From Octopus sinensis (taxonomy: Eukaryota), in NCBI RefSeq assembly GCF_006345805.1, contig NC_043006.1:104780001-104844000 (forward strand): 64,000 nucleotides of DNA, given 5' to 3'. This document shows, piece by piece, positions 55,526 to 64,000 of the stretch (positions are counted from its first letter, which is position 1; each line of letters opens with the position of its first letter). The translations under genes were made by a program, and so were the position numbers. A model generated the notes under the pieces. It searched no databases and was not told where the DNA came from. It saw only the letters and a program-made list of their open reading frames with translations.

Positions 55526-55576
<51 letters not shown>

Positions 55577-56654
55577 CAAAATAATAAATATAACATATGC
55601 ATATATACATACGTATATGTACGTACCTACATCTTTATGTATATATACATGCATATATAGGTACAGGAAACCAAAAAAAAAAACGTCGAACGCAATGAGA
55701 AACGAAAACATAAACACAATATATATATATCTGTGTTTTTAAATGTAGTACGTCCATAAAAGATATAGATCCGAACCAGTATGCCAGTAAAGTTGCTTTT
55801 TCGTGATCTATTTACATTTCTTATGACACAAAGATACCTTCTAAATGTAATACTGCTTCTATTGCATGCAATATTTTTATTCGATTTGGCGGCTAATTTC
55901 AACACCCATAATTGTTTAATCACAGTTTTTGCTATACCAAAGGTGACAGACTTTGTGTCAGGGTGCGTTTGGTTGTGAATACATGCTGCTGGTAAAAATG
56001 AACAATGCAGAAAGACATATCTATGATGCTCATCTCGCTTTTGAATGACTTTTTTCTTCCAACAGATATATTTCTGTTTTTAAATACAGTACATCCATAA
56101 GCGATATTTTCTTGCGATGTTTTCGCACTAAGTATGATAAACATATATACACCCCTCACCTCCCCACACAGAAGCGTGCACAAACACACACACACACAAA
56201 CACACACACTCATATTTATATATAAATATGAATATTTCTTTTGAAAACGTAAACCGAGTCCAAAAGTCTAGACAGGAAGCATCACTTTAAAAATTATAAA
56301 AAAATGTTCAACATATCACCAATAAAAACTAAATGCATTTTCTAAAAGACAGTCTTATAAGAGTGCATACCTTAAAGCAAAAGTATATAGCAGGATAAAC
56401 AGAGTGAAAATAATCCAATGAATTCCAAAAGCTCATAGATTATTTCAACAAAAGCTCTCGTAAGAAGATATGAAAGCTAACGGATATTACGATGAATATT
56501 CATAAGTTAAACAGGTGTTGTTACAGGATAAACGAAAAATATATAATGTACAAAATACAACGACTAATTAATTAAATCTTAAGAAATAAATAACCAATCA
56601 TTTCAGCACTAGTCAGTTATTGTTTTTTTACATTTTATTTGGTACACACACACA

Positions 56655-56700
<46 letters not shown>

Positions 56701-56997
56701 TTTCCTTTTTTCTCAAAGGCAGTCATTACTTTCGAGACAGTACTTCTTGATACACCAAACATTTCGGCTGTTTTCGTTACGCTGTCAACCGATCTGTCAT
56801 TTTAATGAATTTTAATTACATTTTTCTTATGATACCTGAAAAGGAGCAGCAATTTCATTTAAACATGTTAGAGCAACTCTAAGAATAAATAAAAAGAAAC
56901 ATAAAAATAAACAAGACGATTTTATAGATATTTCAGTATTATGATGCTATAGTGCTAGGTGTTTCCATTATTTTGTACAACCCCTGTATATAATACA

Positions 56998-57058
<61 letters not shown>

Positions 57059-57120
57059 CATATACATGTAAATAATAATAATATATATATATATATATAT
57101 ATTTACATATACATGTAAAT

Positions 57121-57165
<45 letters not shown>

Positions 57166-57221
57166 ATACATGTATATTTATATATATATATGTGTGTGTA
57201 TGTATGTAGGTATATATTTAG

Positions 57222-57535
57222 ACCCACTTCGGTCATGACTGACCATGGGATTGCATCTAGAAAGTTACCCTCCCAGGCACAAGTCCGGGCAAGGTTGTTT
57301 ATGGAAGACAATGCATACTGGCCTGCCCTCTCCATGCCACCAGTGTTATCCAAGGGAAAGGCAAAGGGGCCGATACAGCTTGGCACCTGTGACGTCGCAA
57401 CTCATTTCTACAGATGAGTGAACTGGAGCAACGTGAAATAGTGTCTTGCTGAAGAATACAGCATACAACCCGGTCCAGGATTCGAACTCATAGCCTTACG
57501 ATCGTAAGCTCGACGCGCTAACCACTGAGTCATGC
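57222..57535 (-). mobile_element. tRNA-derived SINE family D
   Basis: Same as the 43101 copy. Confidence 0.85.
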
Positions 57536-57546
57536 ATATATGTATG

Positions 57547-57584
<38 letters not shown>

Positions 57585-57791
57585 GTGAAATAGAAAGATG
57601 AATAATCTTGTAGTAGATTAATCAAAAGTTTAACCGATACCTTAGTAGCAAAAATCACAGCAGTAAACAGCACGGTTGGAGGTACAACCATATGGTGTTG
57701 CAACCGTGCGTTGTTGCGGATAATTGAAATTAAAACATTATTGGTGAATTGAAGAAATGGAGCTGAACGCAGATTGAACAGAAATCGTTTT

Positions 57792-57883
57792 ATTTCATTC
57801 TACACGTGTTTCGAAAGGCACAAATTACCAAAATCCGATTGAATAATGGGACCATATTGTGTCTTTCTCTTGAGGAAGAAAAT
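57792..57883 (-). ncRNA. Hammerhead copy with G5C core mutation (probably inactive)
   Basis: Core reads CUCAAGA instead of CUGAAGA; otherwise matches 59552-59643 and 18464-18554. Confidence 0.7.
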
Positions 57884-58474
57884 AGGAAATCCGTTGGAAA
57901 AACAAAAACAGAACAGAGGCAGAGCAAAAACAAATCGAACTATGCTCCTAAGAGCCCATGGCGAAACTGTTTATCAGTGTATGTTGAGAACCGGTGGCTG
58001 AAGAATTTAACGGGTCAGGCATCGGTCAATCATGTGGGTGAGGGTGTGTAGGTGTTCTTTGTGACCGAGAATAAAGTTCTGACTATTTAAGGAATATTGG
58101 ATGTTTGATAAGGGGCGAGAAAAAATCTACTTAGAGACGTGTGTGTGTGTGTGTATACTGTTCTATATATGTGTGTTGGCGTAGGGGTAGAAAACATTTT
58201 TTGTGTACATGTGTGCGTTTGATCGTTCGGCTGTCAGTGGCTACTGCCGTCAGAACCGTTGGGTGGCAGAAAAAAATATATATATATATTATGTTTTATG
58301 TGTGTGTGTGTTCATCTAAGCCTGCCTTGTCAAGGAAACCCCCCGCTGTGAAAAAACCAAGCGCCGTTTGTCTTACAGGAGTAATTCCCCTTGCAGTGGC
58401 TAATCGTAGATATCTTAAAGGCTATTTCAGAATTTGTTACCAAGGGCTATGGGTGCCGGTATTATTTATAAACG

Positions 58475-59503
58475 CTATTTAAAAGCCAGATAAGTGTAGC
58501 GCCGCCAATGGGGGCATCGAAAAGCCGACTGTAAAAGCCCGTTTACCATCCGGCCTCTGGCAAACAAAATATGGAAGAGTTCGGAGACACAAAGGTTGCA
58601 CTGCCTTCTGCCCCTATCAAATGGGAGGGCCACCGACAAAATTGACCATTGCAGCCTATAGCTTAAGTTCGTATCCTTCAGTCGCCATATTAGCTTACTG
58701 AGTCCCGTGGTCTGGCGCTTGTTCACGTCCCGAAAAGTTGCGTAATGGTTGGAGACACGCAAAGACAATCTTGAGGATGAGGCCCCTACATAAGTGAAGA
58801 CATCTGTGTCCGTGTAAACCTTGCATTGGTAGACGGCGTTTTTGATCTTGGAGTTCGCCGACGTGAATCTTATTCTGCTAGGATTAGTTTCTGAAATTAG
58901 AACTGCGTTCCTGTCACTATATTCGTTCCGAGACCTGCAGCCGCTTACTACTCTATTTTCCACTACGTCACTATTAACTATAGGAATAACCCCTGATTCT
59001 CCACTATCTATCAGAGTGCTGTCATTGCTACTGCCCGTGGTGCTGCTATTGCGGGAAATGATGCTGGGGATGCTATTGGGGCTCTCTACCCTACTCCCAT
59101 TGTTACCGTCAACCACAACACCCCTATTTATAACTATACCCCTAGTGGGTACTCCCTGGCTGGAGCTGAGATTATGTGTCACTGTACTGGCTCTCATATC
59201 ATTATTACTACTATAACTATTCCTACTGAGCATTAAACCGGGAGCGGAAGAGGCTGTGCCTCCGGAAAAAGGTGATAGGGTCTTAGTAAGTAGCCTATTA
59301 TTATGGGAGGCGATTATCTGGGCGAGGTTTTTAGTGTTGGAGAAAGCTATCCTAACTTTATGCGAGTTAACCGTGGAGTAATATTTGGAATTTCTGGGGA
59401 AGTTATTGGCGATGGCTTGTCTAAACATGAGGGGGAGGTTAGTTCTAATCTGCTTACCAAAGGGGATTACAAACCATATATGCTTATTCCTATCAGTGTG
59501 ATG
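58475..59503 (-). CDS. Penelope-like element ORF, C-terminal part: RT thumb/linker plus GIY-YIG endonuclease (5'-truncated, frame still open)
   Basis: HIWFVIPFGKQIRTN..NNFP..KVRIAFSNTKNLAQIIASHN linker; AVYQCKV..YVGASS..RVSNHYATF..TGLSKLIWRLK..W.IL..CNLCVSE..CPH endonuclease. The first ~31 aa of the 373-aa ORF call come from the inverted pLTR and start at TTG. Confidence 0.85.
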   Translation of the reverse strand, partial: HHTDRNKHIWFVIPFGKQIRTNLPLMFRQAIANNFPRNSKYYSTVNSHKVRIAFSNTKNLAQIIASHNNRLLTKTLSPFSGGTASSAPGLMLSRNSYSSNNDMRASTVTHNLSSSQGVPTRGIVINRGVVVDGNNGSRVESPNSIPSIISRNSSTTGSSNDSTLIDSGESGVIPIVNSDVVENRVVSGCRSRNEYSDRNAVLISETNPSRIRFTSANSKIKNAVYQCKVYTDTDVFTYVGASSSRLSLRVSNHYATFRDVNKRQTTGLSKLIWRLKDTNLSYRLQWSILSVALPFDRGRRQCNLCVSELFHILFARGRMVNGLLQSAFRCPHWRRYTYLAFK

Positions 59504-59551
59504 GTTTTTGCTCCGCCTCTGTTCTGTTTTTGTTTTTCCAACGGATTTCCT

Positions 59552-59643
59552 ATTTTCTTCCTGAAGAGAAAAACACAATATGGTCCCATTATTCAATCGG
59601 ATTTTGGTAATTTGTGCCTTTCGAAACGCGTGTAGAATGAAAT
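59552..59643 (+). ncRNA. Type I hammerhead ribozyme in the inverted pLTR (intact core)
   Basis: UUC-CUGAAGA-GAAA..ACACAA..UUGUGC..UUUC-GAAA-CGCGUG-UA-GAA. Confidence 0.8.
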
Positions 59644-59699
59644 AAAACGATTTCTGTTCAATCTGCGTTCAGCTCCATTTCTTCAATTCACCAATAATG

Positions 59700-59737
<38 letters not shown>

Positions 59738-60186
59738 CATACACACACACATATATATATGTATATGTATGGATGGATGGATGGATGGACAGATGGATGG
59801 ATGGATGGATGGAAGGATGGATGGATGTATATCTCTAGATATATACATTCAAACGTAATTTAATTTAAAGAAAAAATTTAAAACATGAGAATTTATAAAT
59901 TACTTATTGAGATTCATACTATTTCGTTCTATTTCGTATGTAGAGATATTGAATGACCGCCGGGAGATGGATGATGTATTATTGAGAAAAATCAGTTACT
60001 TACTTTTCTTATAGTATTAGAAATATTTTCTACTAACAGAAAATTGTTTAGATTTTGTGTTACGTATCATTGCTCGAAAATAAATGCAGAAACTGCAAAA
60101 CGTAAAATATAAACGCTCAAAGATATTCGGGCATCTCTCTCTCTCTGTTTCTCTCTCTTTCTGCCTCCCTCCCTCTCTCTCTCATA

Positions 60187-60238
<52 letters not shown>

Positions 60239-60486
60239 GTCTATCTATCTCTTCGCCCCTCTCTTTCTGTCTCTATGTGTGTCTCTTTACTTCACTAGCA
60301 ATTTCAAATCTTCAGCACACAGCTGGAATGCGGATTATCAGTTGCCTACTTGAAGAGGTCATATATTTCTATCCAGTCATTCATTGAATGCATATCGCAA
60401 GAAATTCGCAAATATCGCTTTAAGACTACATGTATCGTTACTTACGTTACTACCTTCTAATGTATAAATCTAACACCGTTTCAAAA

Positions 60487-60550
<64 letters not shown>

Positions 60551-61649
60551 AGTTATCTATCTATCTATCAATTATCTATATATATCCATCTATCTATCTA
60601 TTTATCTATCTGCCAGTCTGACTGTCTGACTGTGTGTCAGTCTATTTGTCTGTTTGTCAGAGCGTCTGAGGGTCAGGCTGTCTTTCTGTCTATTTAGCTC
60701 TCTCTGACCAAAATATGGTATCTTTAACATAGCCTATTCACCTGCTCACACTCCTGCGTATATAGAGCTATCACCGATTGGGATTTTAAAAGGGCTATGT
60801 TAAAAGCTTCGATGAGTTAAAAGGCCTCGATAAATATCTTGAAAAAAAAAACCTATGCACAATGAGAAGTTTGCATTGCTTCGTGCAGTTACAAATTCAA
60901 AAAGTCACATGTCTTTTCATAACGGTGAATTGGAACAGCTGTTAGAACCTCCAAGAAAACAGTTTGTAGTATTTTTTTCTGATTGTCTGCGCTCTGATTT
61001 CAATTCCGCAGGTACCTGCTTTACTTTTTATCATTTCGCTGTCGATAAAAATTTGGTGGAACTGTAAGAAGATGGAATCGGAGGTCTTCATGTATTTGTT
61101 TCGGCTCTTGATGTTCCCAGTTTAAATCCCACCAAATCTTACGTGGATAGCAAAATTAATCCGTTACGCGATTTAAAACCCTTTAACCATTTTGTTTTAA
61201 GCATTTAAGGCAGATTTCCAGTTTGAGAAATAGTTTCTTAAACTTGTTTTTTTATGCAGAATTGCCACATCAGCTAGGGCCCTCGTCACACAACTGAACT
61301 GCAACTGGTACTGCTTCAGTATTTTCTAATAACTGAGTTATAATATTAATACTTCAATAATTATTATTATATTTCATGCATTAAAAGAGTATTTAGATAA
61401 GGAGTTGATGTAGAAAAATCACATATATTCTTCTTCTATCCTGAAATTCCGACACTCTACTTAATTAGAGATCTGAAATTTTTGGCAGGTGTAGACACAT
61501 GGACATGTTTGTTTTATCGAACTGGATGGCACCACACACTCCGAATTGAGTCTTGCAGACTTAGACATATTTTCTGTTATTGTGTACTAAACCAGTTGTA
61601 TTTAATGAGCTTTCTGCAATCAGGGACGGCGGGTATCGTAATTGTTGAT

Positions 61650-61787
61650 GTTTGCCTTTCAACCTTTCGGGGTCGATAAATAAAAGTACCAGTTTCGCAC
61701 TGAGGTCGATGTAATCGACTTAATCCCTTTGTCTGTCCTTGTTTGTCCTCTCTATATTTAGCCCCTTGTGGGCAATAAAGAAATATA
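61650..61787 (+). mobile_element. SINE family C, 3' half
   Basis: Core plus tail AGCCCCTTGTGGGCAATAAAGAAA. Confidence 0.8.
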
Positions 61788-62045
61788 TCGTAATTGTTGA
61801 TTTCGTTTCTTTTTTCTCGTTCCATTTTTTGCACGGACTTTCTTGGCGTTTTTTCTTTCCCCACATGTTGCTTATTTTCTTACTGACTAGCATCTTTGAA
61901 TTTTAAAAATTTATATAACGCGCAGAGCCTGAAAGATTGCCTTAAGTTGCATGACATACTTCATAAATATGCCTGTTCATGTATCATAATAGCATGAAAC
62001 CATTAGTAGCTTTTTCGGTTGTATATTTAATTTTATATATATATA

Positions 62046-62076
<31 letters not shown>

Positions 62077-63436
62077 AGATGATAATGATGATTGCCACTT
62101 CCTTACAGAAGAAGACCATTTTTCAGTTGCTAAATACTGTCATGAGATCTTATATGACTAGCTAGTAAGTTGTGCTCTTGACAAAGAAACTCTATTGCAG
62201 ATCTTACAAATATTTTTAAACAGAGAAGTGTCTGGGATTGTAGTTACGTCCTGTCTACGAAGTGCTCGTTTCAAGACATATTGTTCAATTCTTCGAGCTT
62301 CAAATGTTTTACATCTATTGTATATATGTATATATATATATGTTTTATTGAAGAATATTTGAATATTGGTTTCAAATTTCGAGACGAGGCCAGCAGTTTC
62401 AGGGTAAGTGTACATCAGTCGCAGTGTGCAACTGGTACTTATATTGACGATTCCGAAAGGGTGAAATGTAAAGTTGAATCAGAACATAAAGTCGGAAGAA
62501 AATACGTTAAGTATTTTGCCCGGCAAAGTAAGGATTCTGCGAGCTCAATGTCTTCAGAATATAAAAATGTTGGAGTGAAAAGGCATCGTTATTCTATATA
62601 ACGATCACTTTCGTTGGTATATCTTTTACACTTCAACGACTAACAGTGCATATTCACTTTAACACACACACACACACGTGTGTTGTGTGTTTGTGTAGAT
62701 GAATGTGCTTTTAAGCATTTATTCTGGAAGGAAGGTACTGCTTGGTGATGTATGGGTGTATATATGTGTTTGTATGTGTGTGCACACATATGCCGTTAAT
62801 AACGGACGTACATTCTTCCAAAGCTGTATTTGAAAGTTTTGCAGTAGAAATTAATTCGACCTGATTTCGCATAAATCTGCTTTTTTTCTTTCTGCTCCCA
62901 CAAATAATGTAGACAGGAATATATAGATATACCGATGCAGTTATGTAGGTTTTCGGTCGTTAGAGACACATATATTCTTGTATTTGTATGTATTTATGCA
63001 TAGTGAAGTATCAAGGCTTGTAGATAGAGACTGGTAGGTACAATGGTGGATATCAATGAGGACTTAGAATGTTGTTTAATGTATTCAGGAATGATCGTGA
63101 AACAATGAACCCAAGGAAAATTAGCATAAATATACATATTTATATATATATTTGTTTAACGAGAGAGGGAAGAAATGCCGCCAAACGTCCTGTCCGGTGC
63201 AGTAGCGATTCTGCCAGGTTTCTCATTAACAAAATACATAAAGAACACTGTGAAAGTGACTGTGCTTTACCAGTAAGATACCTGTTATAAACCATTCTTT
63301 TTGTCATCTAATATCTAATCCGTCCGTCCGTCCGTCCGTCCATCCATCCATCCATCCATCCAGCCAGCCAGCCAGCCAGCCAGCCATCCACCCATCCATC
63401 CATCCATCCATCTATTTATCTATCTACCTATCTATC

Positions 63437-63538
<102 letters not shown>

Positions 63539-64000
63539 ATTTCTTTCTTTCTATCTGTCTATTAATAGTCACTGAATCAACGACTATTGAAAAGGATGCA
63601 AGATGCAACGAACATTTTAGAAAAAAATAAATAAGCAAATGAGTGGAAACTGAACCGGTGAGTGTTTTAAATAATAAGCCACAAAATATGCTTCAATACA
63701 CGAATTCACATAAAGAATTTTTGAAACCTTTATTTTATCGATCACAATACTTTGAAAAGCAATTTTGACTTCGGGGTGATTTGAACTCAGAACGACTTTA
63801 CATGAAAGGTGGGGAATCATGTTCTTCGCTCTTACCGTCTCTGCCAATTTTGCCTTTATTTCTATATTTATCACAACAGTGAACTTTTATTTTCTTTTTC
63901 CGTTGTGTTTATTATTTTATGTTTTAATGTTTTTCTGTAGCCAGCCTCTCCTAGTTGTATTGATATCTCCGTGAAACATCACCTTGTGATATCGATTATA

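Larger units (their letters stand above)
54807..55529 (-). mobile_element. Retrozyme-like / non-autonomous Penelope-type tandem unit, 405-nt period, about 1.8 copies, two hammerheads
   Basis: AAACAAAGTTAAATGCG starts at 54807 and 55212 (period 405) and the copies are near-identical. No credible ORF, (TA)n on both flanks, one canonical HHR per unit on the minus strand. Confidence 0.85.
57583..59703 (-). mobile_element. 5'-truncated Penelope-like retroelement (Naiad-like) with 3' pLTR and inverted 5' pLTR copy
   Basis: GIY-YIG coding frame on the minus strand, inverted arms 57731-57931 and 59504-59703, an HHR in each arm, (TA)n on both flanks. Confidence 0.88.

Noticed and set aside
59504-59596. 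N-terminus of the 373-aa ORF as a real protein start
   Set aside because: TTG start inside the antisense pLTR; the same peptide appears in the 57806 ORF from the other arm.

Overview
AT-rich, microsatellite-dense eukaryotic non-coding DNA. The SINE repertoire, (TA)n/(TATC)n/(GAT)n density and TTAGGG-type repeats point to a cephalopod, probably Octopus (inference). No host-gene exon could be supported, and almost all ORF-track hits are microsatellite or repeat artefacts. The window holds tRNA-derived SINEs, decayed Tc1, mariner and pogo-type DNA transposons, three copies of a GG..CC/8-bp-TSD MITE with telomere-like repeats, RTE and L1/Tx1 LINE fragments, and several Penelope-like (GIY-YIG) retroelement fragments. 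The main signal is about a dozen minimal type-I hammerhead ribozymes (HHRs) with palindromic helix III, from at least six sequence families, nearly all inserted in (TA)n tracts. Four sit in ORF-less 353-405 nt units, three of them tandem or terminally redundant, which look like retrozymes (circular-RNA retroelements). These include an intact 405-nt near-dimer with two perfect HHRs (54807-55529) and a diverged relative (24938-25292) with compensatory changes in every helix. All structures were read by eye; nothing was folded or searched computationally.
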